A stretch of DNA of 64,000 bases, taken from positions 38,320 through 102,319 of the forward strand of contig DHNY01000009.1 in NCBI GenBank assembly GCA_002409625.1, in the 5' to 3' direction. This DNA comes from Anaerolineaceae bacterium UBA5404 (GTDB taxonomy: Bacteria; Chloroflexota; Anaerolineae; Anaerolineales; Anaerolineaceae). A model generated the notes under the pieces. That model had not been told where the DNA came from, did not search any database, and saw nothing but the letters and a program-made list of their open reading frames with translations. Shown here in pieces: positions 55,702 to 64,000 of this stretch (the first letter of the stretch is position 1; the number at the start of each line of letters is the position of its first letter). Both the position numbers and the translations under genes were made by a program.

Positions 55702-56475
55702 TCAGAGGATGACACGCATCCGGTAGAACGCGAGCGAGAAGTACTCGCCCAAAGTTGCCACTGAGCGTGCGAAACTCTCACTTGTTGGCATCAAATTCAT
55801 GAGCACGTTTTTGACACCCAGTGACTTTAACGTTTCCCATGAGGTTTTGGTGACATGATAGTCACATGGTGCGGGAATGACCTCAAGCTCACTTTGCTCA
55901 AAAGCAAATTGCATGCGGTCCATCTCCAAGGCAGACGTAATCAGCAAAATGCTTTCAGCACCCACCACTTGCAAGGCACCGGCACTGCTGGTTACGATTT
56001 CAACAATATTGTTTGAAGTTTGATTGAGGAAGATAACTTGCTCGGGCACGCCTAATTCCAAGAGCAATTGTTTTGCGGCTTCGGTTTCTTGCACATCGCC
56101 CACGAGCAACATGCCAGGCGCGGCACCACGCTGGAACAATGCGGTTGCATAAAGGATGCGGTCGGCTTCTTCACCCAGTTCCACCCGCAAGCGAGGGGTT
56201 TCGGCTGGATAAACGCCATCCACCAAGACAACAATCGCGTCAGCTTTGGTGCTTGTAATATCCATGGGCATATGGCGCCATTCCATTGAACGCATGAACC
56301 AGCTTGAAAAAAACACATTGCCTAAAACAGCAAGCAAAATGAGTGCAATAATCATAAAGAACTGCGCGCCTTTTGCTTTTTTGCCCACAATCAAGATGCT
56401 GATAAACAAAAACAAACCCACGATCGCCAAGGGTTCAAGAAATTGTAAGAAGAATTTTCCGATCATGCTTGCCAT
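55702..56475 (-). CDS. YdcF/ElyC-like DUF218 domain membrane protein
   Basis: 257 aa; two N-terminal TM helices then a DUF218-like domain ('ADAIVVLVDGV...', 'LLITSALEMDR'). Confidence 0.6.
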   Translation of the reverse strand: MASMIGKFFLQFLEPLAIVGLFLFISILIVGKKAKGAQFFMIIALILLAVLGNVFFSSWFMRSMEWRHMPMDITSTKADAIVVLVDGVYPAETPRLRVELGEEADRILYATALFQRGAAPGMLLVGDVQETEAAKQLLLELGVPEQVIFLNQTSNNIVEIVTSSAGALQVVGAESILLITSALEMDRMQFAFEQSELEVIPAPCDYHVTKTSWETLKSLGVKNVLMNLMPTSESFARSVATLGEYFSLAFYRMRVIL

Positions 56476-56603
56476 AATTGACTCCTTCGGTAAAAACCTA
56501 ACCCATAAGATGCAAGTACCGTGCCTGTTTCAAGAATTCATCTTTATTAATAGAACCATTTGGGTTAAACTATCAACATACACTATAAAATGCTGAGAGA
56601 CTT

Positions 56604-58211
56604 ATGGGTGGGTCAAAGCTTAATCGACATTTCAACTTGAAAAACGCAATCTTTGTATTGCTTATTTTCGTCCTTTCTCTTTCTGTTCGCCTGATTGGCA
56701 TTGATTACGGAAAACCTTTGCGTGTTCATCCTGATGAGAAAAACGTTGTTCATTCTGCATTGTATTATTCCCCGACCCAGGATTTAAGTCAGGTTACCTT
56801 AAACCGCCCCGCCCAGGTGCAAACACTCCTTAGCTCAATAACCATGCGACTATACAGTATGTTGGTTTTTAAGACGAATATTTGGCACGTATTCCACCTC
56901 AATAACTTTACTTTCACCGTGGTCAGTCGTCTGATTGTTGCCGTTTTGGGTTCCCTCATCCCCTTGTTGGCATATTTTATTGGCAAAGAATTCGAGCCCG
57001 ACTTCTCCAAACTTGCTGCCATCCTTTTTGCCTTTTTTCCTTCTTTTGTTTTGCATTCTCATTACGCCACACCAGACATCCCACTCACTTTATGGCTTAT
57101 GGCTGTTATGCTTTTTTCTATCCGCTACGCTAAAGGACAAAAAGAACACAACATCTGGTTGGCTGTTTTCTTTTGTGCAATGAGCACCGCGGATAAATAT
57201 CCGGGCATAATCACCTTGTTTATGGTTGCATTAGCTGTGTTTTTGCGTTTCCTCACCAAAGCGAAAGAAGATGGTAAGTTTAATGTTTCAGGATTTGTGC
57301 TTAAAGGGCTTCTCATTTTCTTTGTGTTTATTGCTTTTCTGTTTGTTGTCTCGCCGTTGCTCTTCTTTAGAGTTAAGGACGTCATCCAGGCCCTCATTTT
57401 TGAAGCAACCGGTGGCCACTTAGGTCGCGAAGGGCTCAACTACCCTAGGCGTTTACTAAAATACCTGGAATATTATGTGATCAATGCTGGATTATTGATA
57501 AGTGGCTTCACACTTTTTGGCATCGTCCAAATAATCAAAAGGAAACAAAAAGCCGCATGGATATTCAGTTTTAGTGGATTGTTCCTTCTTTGCATCGCGG
57601 TTATAAGCTTTCATCATGAACGTTGGGCTTTGCCTGTTTATGTAGCCTTGCTTATATGTGCCGCATACGGGATGCAATCTTTGTTGGAACTTGTTAAAAC
57701 GCCTGTGCCTGCCCTCCGTTTTTCTCAGGTTCTGGTAGCAAGCAGCCTGATACTGCTCATCATTGCCGGCGTCAGCCAATCCCTCTGGCTAAACCTGCGC
57801 GACACACGCCTTTCTGCCCATCACTACCTTGAGAGCAATCAAATCAGAGAGAACCAATGTTATTATGATGATTACACACCTTTTGCGCCAAACTTTTTCC
57901 CCATTCATTCAAGCCAGGAACTATCGCGCAAAAATGAGATGGACTATGCCATTTTTAGTTCCTATTACTACCAAAGGTTTGAGCATCTTGATGAAAATGA
58001 GCACGAAGAATTAGGCTTTTTGCGTAAACATCAGCGTGAAAGCAAGCTCATATGGTCAGTAAGTGCAGAGAAAAAACCAAACACCCTCGCTGCTCAATAC
58101 CGCCTGCTCAAATACTATTTAAAATCTGAAGTTTTAAAGAAAACGGTCCCGCGCATTTACACAGGACCTGATCTTTTTATCTATCAAAGCAACCCACAAA
58201 TCAAGCGCTAA
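56604..58211 (+). CDS. glycosyltransferase family 39 / ArnT-like membrane glycosyltransferase
   Basis: 535 aa, polytopic. The early 'HPDEKN' loop after TM1 and the general topology are typical of GT-C (PMT_2) enzymes. Confidence 0.65.
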   Translation: MGGSKLNRHFNLKNAIFVLLIFVLSLSVRLIGIDYGKPLRVHPDEKNVVHSALYYSPTQDLSQVTLNRPAQVQTLLSSITMRLYSMLVFKTNIWHVFHLNNFTFTVVSRLIVAVLGSLIPLLAYFIGKEFEPDFSKLAAILFAFFPSFVLHSHYATPDIPLTLWLMAVMLFSIRYAKGQKEHNIWLAVFFCAMSTADKYPGIITLFMVALAVFLRFLTKAKEDGKFNVSGFVLKGLLIFFVFIAFLFVVSPLLFFRVKDVIQALIFEATGGHLGREGLNYPRRLLKYLEYYVINAGLLISGFTLFGIVQIIKRKQKAAWIFSFSGLFLLCIAVISFHHERWALPVYVALLICAAYGMQSLLELVKTPVPALRFSQVLVASSLILLIIAGVSQSLWLNLRDTRLSAHHYLESNQIRENQCYYDDYTPFAPNFFPIHSSQELSRKNEMDYAIFSSYYYQRFEHLDENEHEELGFLRKHQRESKLIWSVSAEKKPNTLAAQYRLLKYYLKSEVLKKTVPRIYTGPDLFIYQSNPQIKR

Positions 58212-58214
58212 GCA

Positions 58215-59555
58215 CTAAAGGCTCAGTTCAGCCTTTCCAAAAACATGTTCATAAAGCTCTGGCGCAAAGGCTTCAATCGCATCTGAGCTCAGTGTATTGG
58301 TGCGGCAAATCTCGGCATACAGCTTACCACTATCTCTTAGACTGCGTTGTTGGGAGTTTAGATCAAGCTCCCATAAGCCAAAGGGTCTTTCCCAACCCAG
58401 GTTCCACTCAAAATTATCCACTAAACTCCAATAAAAATAACCTTTGATTGGGATATTGTGATTCACTTCACGCCACATTGCCAGGATATGGTCCACCAAA
58501 TACTTACGCTTGAAGGCGTCTTTGCTGTCATCCGTGCCATTCTCAGTGATGTAAATCGGCAAGCCAAAGGAATTTGCCCAGCGAATGCATTCACGAAAAC
58601 CTTCCGGATCATTTGCCACAAATCCACTGTCAGAAAGTTCCGCATCTTTTGGATAAGCGTAGTTAGCATACATACTGCCCGGCTTGAATAAGTCAAATGC
58701 TATTTCTTCACGCGCATAATAGTTAATGCCAAAGAAATCCTGAGTGCCTTTCGCCTGAGGAATATCTTCCTTATGGATTTGCGCGTCAAAGCGACCTGTG
58801 CGCAAAGTCTCAGCAAAAGCATGGTTAAAGGCAGTGTTATAGAGCTTTGCGACACGCTTGGTTAAAAAGCCATTATTCGCGGGCATAAAGCCACGCCAAT
58901 GATGGGCAATACCAACCCGCGCCTCAGCCTGAAGCTCATGAATAAGCTCATAGGCTTTGGCGTGCGCCTTGACCATGTTGGTAAGCACCTTTATTGCCGC
59001 CTTAATATCATTCTTACCGGGTGGAAAGCCATCGCCAAGATAACCGCCATTCATGAAGACATTGGGTTCATTGATGGTCACCCAAAAATCACAATGCGCT
59101 TTGAGGGCATCCACCGTTTTACGCGTATACTCGGCAAAAAGAGCCACCACTTCATCATTTTCCCATCCACCCATCTCTGCCAACCAAATCGGGTTGGTAA
59201 AATGATGCAGGGTCACCATGGGCACCATGCCACGCTCTTTCAAGCCCATCAGCATTTGGCGATAGCGATCAAGCGCGGCTTCATCCCAACGATCCAACTC
59301 GGGCTGTACGCGTGACCATTCAATGGAGATACGTTGTGCGTTCTGGAAGCCATCTTTCGCGCGGTCAAAATCCTCACGCCACCTTCCAGCCCACCATTCA
59401 CAAGCTTTGCCACTGCGGTCTCCATTTAAAATGCGCCCGGGTTCTTGCTCCCAAGCCCACCAGTCATTGTGAATATTATTCCCTTCAACCTGATGGGAAG
59501 ATGTTGCACATCCCCAAAGAAAACCTGCTGGAAAAGTAAAAGACGCTCGAATCAT
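58215..59555 (-). CDS. GH1 beta-glucosidase
   Basis: 446 aa; 'FLWGCATSSHQVEG', acid/base 'TINEPNV', nucleophile 'YITENG', 'WSLVDNFEW'. Confidence 0.93.
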   Translation of the reverse strand: MIRASFTFPAGFLWGCATSSHQVEGNNIHNDWWAWEQEPGRILNGDRSGKACEWWAGRWREDFDRAKDGFQNAQRISIEWSRVQPELDRWDEAALDRYRQMLMGLKERGMVPMVTLHHFTNPIWLAEMGGWENDEVVALFAEYTRKTVDALKAHCDFWVTINEPNVFMNGGYLGDGFPPGKNDIKAAIKVLTNMVKAHAKAYELIHELQAEARVGIAHHWRGFMPANNGFLTKRVAKLYNTAFNHAFAETLRTGRFDAQIHKEDIPQAKGTQDFFGINYYAREEIAFDLFKPGSMYANYAYPKDAELSDSGFVANDPEGFRECIRWANSFGLPIYITENGTDDSKDAFKRKYLVDHILAMWREVNHNIPIKGYFYWSLVDNFEWNLGWERPFGLWELDLNSQQRSLRDSGKLYAEICRTNTLSSDAIEAFAPELYEHVFGKAELSL

Positions 59556-59607
59556 GCTGCACTCCTATTGGATGATGGCTTCATTATATCAAAACCACCC
59601 TCCATAC

Positions 59608-61083
59608 CTAGAAACTTTTTAGCACAAAGCGCCCGCTTTCAACATCCAAGCGCGCGTTTTTGAGCAAAAAGTTCTGCCCTTGAAACCCTCCAACTCGCTT
59701 CCCGATAGCATCGTTGAGTGCTTTTAGCTTTTGTCCCATTCGGTCAATCAATTCGCCCTGATCATCCATCCAATAAGCCAATTCTGACGATTGTGGCGCG
59801 CCGTAAATGCGCAAAAATCGATCCGCACTAAGGTCCATAAGCAAAATATTCCGGTTTACAGAGCCAAGCGCCAGGATGCTCTTCAAGGCTTTCAACAATG
59901 GCATTCCCGTTGTTGCGCTAACAGGCAATCGCAATCCAATCGTTGTTTCAAGCGCGAATCCATTGAGGATATCCCCTGCCAATGCCAGCATCGCATTCAG
60001 TTCATCTTCTACCCGACTGAGCAAAGTAAGCTTAAACAAAGCGTCCGCTTCAGGTTGGCGTGGAACCCAGTCTTGTGCAAATGGTCTAAAAATCACCATT
60101 CGCCCATCCTCAAAGTGCAAGTTTTCATCCACTGCCATCAGATAATGGTTTTCGGCGTCCACGGCACCGGTGCGACTCAGCACAAACCAATAGCTGTTCC
60201 CGGCACGCAAGCTCACCTGCACGGGAAAAACGCCTCTTACCCAGGCATATGCCTCATTGCTCATTGCGGATGTGCCCATGCTACAAGATGCCAGATTGCC
60301 GCTGGCAGGCGAGCCGTTATTGTCCGCCCGGATGTCTACGCGCAGTTGATCCGATGGCGTGCCCTGCTTTCTCAAGCGCAAATCAATTGAACTCAGCAAA
60401 ACACCTCGCTTTATCCTAAAAGATTGTGCCATTTGGGCTGTTTGCGAATCAGAACCCACAGCCTGCATGCCATGTTGCATTGCCACATTGCCAACAACAC
60501 CGCTTTCGCGTTGCCACACCCGCCAATCCAAACGATGAATCCAGCCCTTGCAACGCAATCTTATTGCCTCTTCAGCCTTTTTTGCCGATGGTGTCGCTTT
60601 AAGTGCCGGCATGCGCCACTGTTGCAATTCGATATCGCGCCAATGCTCGGCTTGCTCCAAAGTTAAAGCACCGCCTCTTAGCAAACGTTCCTTAACGCCA
60701 TAAAGCGCCTGGCTTTCAAGGTCATCCGCCCAACTGGTTTGCATTCCAGAATCCAAGGCATTGCCTGCTTCCAAAGGCGCATAAGCAACCGCCACACGGT
60801 TTGCCATCCTTGCCAGGTCATAAGTGGTTTGCATACCGGGCAAGTTTTGGCTAAGCGCCTCCAACCAGCCCCACCAATGCAAACGCCCTAATGCGTCATA
60901 AATCTCAATCGGATTCCCTAAAAAGCCTTTCCAGTCTTCAAGGCTTAAAGAGCCTTTGGGTTCCAATTCAGCTTCATCACATCCACCTAAAGCAGTCCAC
61001 GACATTGAACGCGGGCTTAGTCCCAACCAGCTTTCATAAATTGGCTTGCCTTCCCGGCTTAAAAGGCGCGCGATTAAACTCAT
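59608..61083 (-). CDS. hypothetical protein (possible virion/tail-associated protein)
   Basis: 491 aa, no recognisable motif; ATGA overlap with the upstream gene; last gene of the phage-like block. Confidence 0.4.
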   Translation of the reverse strand: MSLIARLLSREGKPIYESWLGLSPRSMSWTALGGCDEAELEPKGSLSLEDWKGFLGNPIEIYDALGRLHWWGWLEALSQNLPGMQTTYDLARMANRVAVAYAPLEAGNALDSGMQTSWADDLESQALYGVKERLLRGGALTLEQAEHWRDIELQQWRMPALKATPSAKKAEEAIRLRCKGWIHRLDWRVWQRESGVVGNVAMQHGMQAVGSDSQTAQMAQSFRIKRGVLLSSIDLRLRKQGTPSDQLRVDIRADNNGSPASGNLASCSMGTSAMSNEAYAWVRGVFPVQVSLRAGNSYWFVLSRTGAVDAENHYLMAVDENLHFEDGRMVIFRPFAQDWVPRQPEADALFKLTLLSRVEDELNAMLALAGDILNGFALETTIGLRLPVSATTGMPLLKALKSILALGSVNRNILLMDLSADRFLRIYGAPQSSELAYWMDDQGELIDRMGQKLKALNDAIGKRVGGFQGQNFLLKNARLDVESGRFVLKSF

Positions 61084-62423
61084 GGCAACTCCAATATCGG
61101 TCGGTACCAGGCTTTTACAATGAGCTTAAGGTCGATGGGACTTTTTCCAGCCAAATCGCTCATGAACACATAAAACCTTTGCTCCACAGCCGGGAACAAA
61201 GCATGCCCTCTACCCAGGCTGAGGTGCGTTTTTAGCTCCTGTCCATTTTTCAAGCTCCAGCTCAAAGCGCGCCAAGTGTCATCAATCAAGGTTGACCTTG
61301 CTTCCAGTCCGGTCAACGAGTGAAAAGCACGAAAACATTTTTGAGGCATGAACAAAATATCATCCACATCTAAGCTGGCGCTCAACCCGGATTGCATACC
61401 CTCCAGACTTAAGCTTAGCCCGGCTAAGGGCTTTAACCTGGGCAAATCCTCCATACTCAGGTTCATCGGTGAAAAAACTTGAGCACTTTTCCCAGTTTGC
61501 ACAAGGCAGACCGGACTTTCATAAACCGTGAGCCCTTGTTGCTTCAAAAGCAGTCTCAAACGCAATCCACTTTGCTGGGTTGGGTTATGTAGCCTAAGGA
61601 TCGGACAAAACTTTGTGCCGGCTAACTTGCTCACCATCGTCGAAGTCAAGGTCCAGCTTGCCAGCGTTGCCCATCCTGAACCGCTCCAGGTATAGCGTTG
61701 AAATTGTCCATTTGAAGCCTGCGTATCGCTAATGCTCGCGCCACCAACGCCACTCTCGGCTTCGATGTTCATTGTGGGAATGCTCGCTGCCTCCATCACC
61801 ACAAAGCTGCCAAGCTGAAAATCCCCAATCGAATTGCCACCATCCGGCACAAGAAACTCAAACCGCATCGGGCAAGCCTGGTCTAATTGAAGACCAGATG
61901 GCAAAACGCTAAACCAATTATCATGCCCAATTTGCGCATCATCATGGTTGTATACAGTCAAACCGCAAGTATTTCCCGGACCGCCGGAATTAAAAATGTC
62001 CAAACGCCTTTCTTCGCCCACAAACTGTGCTTGCCTGCGAAGTTTTACACTCAGCACAAAAGAACCCAACTCTTTGGATACAAGATGTCCTGGCATGAGT
62101 TCAAAGCGTGCGGTTAAAATAGGCGCGAACACAAAAGCATCCAAGGCGATGCTCCGCAAACGCACAAAAGCTCTTTCGGTGCTTCCCTCAAGCAAACAAG
62201 CTCGCAAAGCATGCCTCACTTGCCCAAGGATCACATTCATCTCAGCTGGCGTGCCCTTTATCCGAATGCGAATCTCTTCTTCACACAGGCCTTCATTGGC
62301 ATTTTTTAGCTCATAATCCGCGCCGATAAAACCTGGCAGAAAGGGTCCTTCATCCAACTTAAACCAAATTATTGACTCCGGCTGAGTGCCACTGCCTATC
62401 GCTAAACCAGCTAATTTCGCCAT
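61080..62423 (-). CDS. hypothetical protein (possible tail hub/nozzle-like protein)
   Basis: About 447 aa from the ATG at 62423 (MAKLAGLAIG); overlaps the upstream gene's stop by 13 nt. The size and its position after a roughly 140-aa gene recall the podovirus adaptor/hub order; there is no sequence motif evidence. Confidence 0.35.
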   Translation of the reverse strand: MAKLAGLAIGSGTQPESIIWFKLDEGPFLPGFIGADYELKNANEGLCEEEIRIRIKGTPAEMNVILGQVRHALRACLLEGSTERAFVRLRSIALDAFVFAPILTARFELMPGHLVSKELGSFVLSVKLRRQAQFVGEERRLDIFNSGGPGNTCGLTVYNHDDAQIGHDNWFSVLPSGLQLDQACPMRFEFLVPDGGNSIGDFQLGSFVVMEAASIPTMNIEAESGVGGASISDTQASNGQFQRYTWSGSGWATLASWTLTSTMVSKLAGTKFCPILRLHNPTQQSGLRLRLLLKQQGLTVYESPVCLVQTGKSAQVFSPMNLSMEDLPRLKPLAGLSLSLEGMQSGLSASLDVDDILFMPQKCFRAFHSLTGLEARSTLIDDTWRALSWSLKNGQELKTHLSLGRGHALFPAVEQRFYVFMSDLAGKSPIDLKLIVKAWYRPILELP

Positions 62424-62839
62424 CGCAAACTTTCTTTCCATTCCCAACGCGAAAAGGGTAAATCGGCACTTTCTTGCAAGGTATCCAGACGCAATCCTTC
62501 CAGCATCCAAACAAAACGCTCATCCAAATAGCCCGCCAAACTTTGCATCAGCGCCGGTTCGCCAGCCATATTGGTGTAACTGCCAAGATGACTTTGCAAG
62601 AGAAAACGCATCAAATGAGCACCCGCACCAATCAACAAAGCAGGCTCAAAATCTGCCGGCAAAGTGTCGTTTACAGCGCCATATAATCCTTCAATCTCAA
62701 ACTTTTCTCCAAAACTGCTGTTTATTCGCTCCAAAGCCAAACGCAAAGCTTCAATAATACTGTTCAAAGGCAAAGCGGCAGCACTTGGCTCTAAGTATTG
62801 GCGTTGCAGTCTGTTACAGAGCTCATCCAATCGTGTCAT
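62411..62839 (-). CDS. hypothetical protein (possible head-tail adaptor)
   Basis: 142 aa, predicted helical; translationally coupled on both sides (17-nt and 13-nt overlaps). Confidence 0.35.
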   Translation of the reverse strand: MTRLDELCNRLQRQYLEPSAAALPLNSIIEALRLALERINSSFGEKFEIEGLYGAVNDTLPADFEPALLIGAGAHLMRFLLQSHLGSYTNMAGEPALMQSLAGYLDERFVWMLEGLRLDTLQESADLPFSRWEWKESLRWRN

Positions 62840-63029
62840 CTTTTTTTCCTTTCTGCTTAGCCTTGTTTTCCAACTTTTTTAGTGCTGCTTCACATCGCGC
62901 GGCTGAGTAAAAGCGTTTTTCACCGCTCCGGGCAATGACCACCAGGCTTTCATCCTGTTTCCATGACCATGCCAGCGCGCCTTCGCCTGCCAATTGCTTT
63001 ACCAGGGCTTTTAACTTTTTACTGTCCAT
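62823..63029 (-). CDS. hypothetical small protein
   Basis: 68 aa with a Lys-rich C-terminus; preceded by GAAGGAAG; overlaps the next gene. Confidence 0.4.
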   Translation of the reverse strand: MDSKKLKALVKQLAGEGALAWSWKQDESLVVIARSGEKRFYSAARCEAALKKLENKAKQKGKKDDTIG

Positions 63030-63124
63030 TCTTCCTTCTAAACCTTTCTTTTTTTAGGCTCCCCCAGACTGGGGCAGTCTTGCTAACCCAATGCAAGACC
63101 ACCCCAAATCTGTCTTCTAAAAGA

Positions 63125-63319
63125 CTATTTCAGCCCGCGCAAACCATCTTCCAGCGCGGTACCCAGAATGTAACTGACCAAAATCGCCAGAATACCCGCA
63201 ATCTGATCCGCATCCAGGGGAAAATCCGGCGCCCAGGTTTTGAGCACCAAAAAAACCAAGCCCACCAGGGTCGCCCAAAACTTGCGAGACCCAAGCAAAT
63301 GTCGCCATTTTTCGTTCAT
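63125..63319 (-). CDS. small two-TM membrane protein (holin-like topology)
   Basis: 64 aa; helices 'FWATLVGLVFLVLKTW' and 'IAGILAILVSYILGTAL'; preceded by AAGGAGATAGG. Confidence 0.45.
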   Translation of the reverse strand: MNEKWRHLLGSRKFWATLVGLVFLVLKTWAPDFPLDADQIAGILAILVSYILGTALEDGLRGLK

Positions 63320-63355
63320 CCTATCTCCTTACGCACTTCAAACCACAAACCACAA

Positions 63356-64000
63356 CTAAGCCACATTGGACTTGTAGACCGGTCGGTAATCATTCACCCA
63401 CACCGCCAGGTAATGACGCACCTTAAGCCGATGTTCATCATTGCTAAACACGGAGGGTGAAAGCTCATCACCTGCAATGAAAATTTCAGGCGCCAGCCCA
63501 AATCGTTCGCCAACAAAAATTGCCGGCGCAACGCGTGGGTCACATATCGCCGCCCAGTCATTGGCATCTGTCCACTCTGGCACCACAATGGGTACCGCGC
63601 TGCCTTTAAGCACATTGTCATAAAAATGGTCAGCCTCGCGCACAAAAGAGCCACTGCAAATTTCCAATGCCGTCTTTTGCAAAGCACGTGGAACCAGCAA
63701 ATACTTTGGATTGACCGCCATCTGCGGACCGGTGCCATACAGATCTGCGGCGTTCTTGATTAACATAGGCTGTTGATAGACCGCAGCACTGGCCAAATCC
63801 CAACTCGAGGCACTCAAGGCTGCCGTACCCAGGTTCATATGTCCGCCAGAATCATAGCTACCATTGTTGAACAAGGTTTTGCCGGATTTCATAACCGGTC
63901 CCATACCACCACTTTTAGTAAAAATCGCCGAGACCAAAGAAGAGATTTTGCGCAAACCAGCGGATGCCAATTCACGGGCATAGGCACGCAATTTTCGAGT
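63356..64000 (-). CDS. phage major capsid-like protein, C-terminal part (5' end outside the window)
   Basis: 'PKYLLVPRALQKTA...AAICDPRVAPAIFVGERFGLAPEIFIAGDELSPSVFSNDEHRLKVRHYLAVWVNDYRPVYKSN' resembles the C-terminal region of phage major head proteins; the reading frame is open to the window edge. Confidence 0.45.
   Translation of the reverse strand, partial: TRKLRAYARELASAGLRKISSLVSAIFTKSGGMGPVMKSGKTLFNNGSYDSGGHMNLGTAALSASSWDLASAAVYQQPMLIKNAADLYGTGPQMAVNPKYLLVPRALQKTALEICSGSFVREADHFYDNVLKGSAVPIVVPEWTDANDWAAICDPRVAPAIFVGERFGLAPEIFIAGDELSPSVFSNDEHRLKVRHYLAVWVNDYRPVYKSNVA

Larger units (their letters stand above)
59608..64000 (-). mobile_element. phage-like structural gene block (partial; continues beyond the window)
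   Basis: A capsid-like gene at the window edge followed by five small-to-large orphan genes on one strand with overlapping start/stop codons; no integrase or att site is visible at this end. Confidence 0.45.

Noticed and set aside
63356-64000. Encapsulin nanocompartment shell instead of a phage capsid
   Set aside because: No cargo-type gene (ferritin-like, DyP peroxidase, hemerythrin, cysteine desulfurase) flanks it within the window. The downstream genes are translationally coupled orphans in a phage-like arrangement. The idea cannot be fully excluded without the upstream sequence and a fold search.

Overview
Bacterial chromosomal window, called from motif recognition in the supplied ORF translations and by reading the nucleotide sequence; no database search was run, so no taxon is assigned. 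It is mostly core or housekeeping sequence, with about 57 credible protein genes.

Main gene content:
- A LacI-regulated sugar ABC importer with trehalose synthase (treS).
- rplS, greA, lysS and an ECF sigma/anti-sigma pair.
- metK behind a clear SAM-I riboswitch.
- An RNA-processing cluster: tRNA-Ser, a beta-CASP MBL RNase, RNase D and dtd.
- A cell-envelope pair: a lytic-transglycosylase-like protein and an LCP protein.
- tRNA-Lys and tRNA-Asn, a GDPD enzyme and a membrane-anchored GH3 enzyme.
- A Ser/Thr kinase divergent from an FHA/winged-helix regulator, plus a CpXC protein.
- pruA, rarA and an ArsR/permease/thioredoxin-like/ArsC operon.
- A MarR-controlled heterodimeric ABC exporter.
- A glycerol cluster: glpK plus a three-gene glycerol-3-phosphate dehydrogenase-like set.
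- A CHAP-domain lipoprotein, deoC and DegV.
- Two tandem lipoprotein serpins, DUF218, GT39 and GH1.

Most unusual material:
1. A compact phage-like structural block at 59608-64000. It has a capsid-like gene cut by the window edge plus five tightly coupled orphan genes, and it ends 52 bp from a housekeeping glycosidase.
2. A repeat family at two convergent-gene junctions (11228-11840 and 36917-37395). One locus includes a 5 x 51-bp tandem array.
3. Tandem serpin paralogs with divergent reactive-centre loops.
4. An identical C-terminal TPGTYP end on two adjacent secreted cell-wall proteins.

Many track ORFs lying antisense to, or nested within, strong genes are treated as shadow ORFs and are not annotated.
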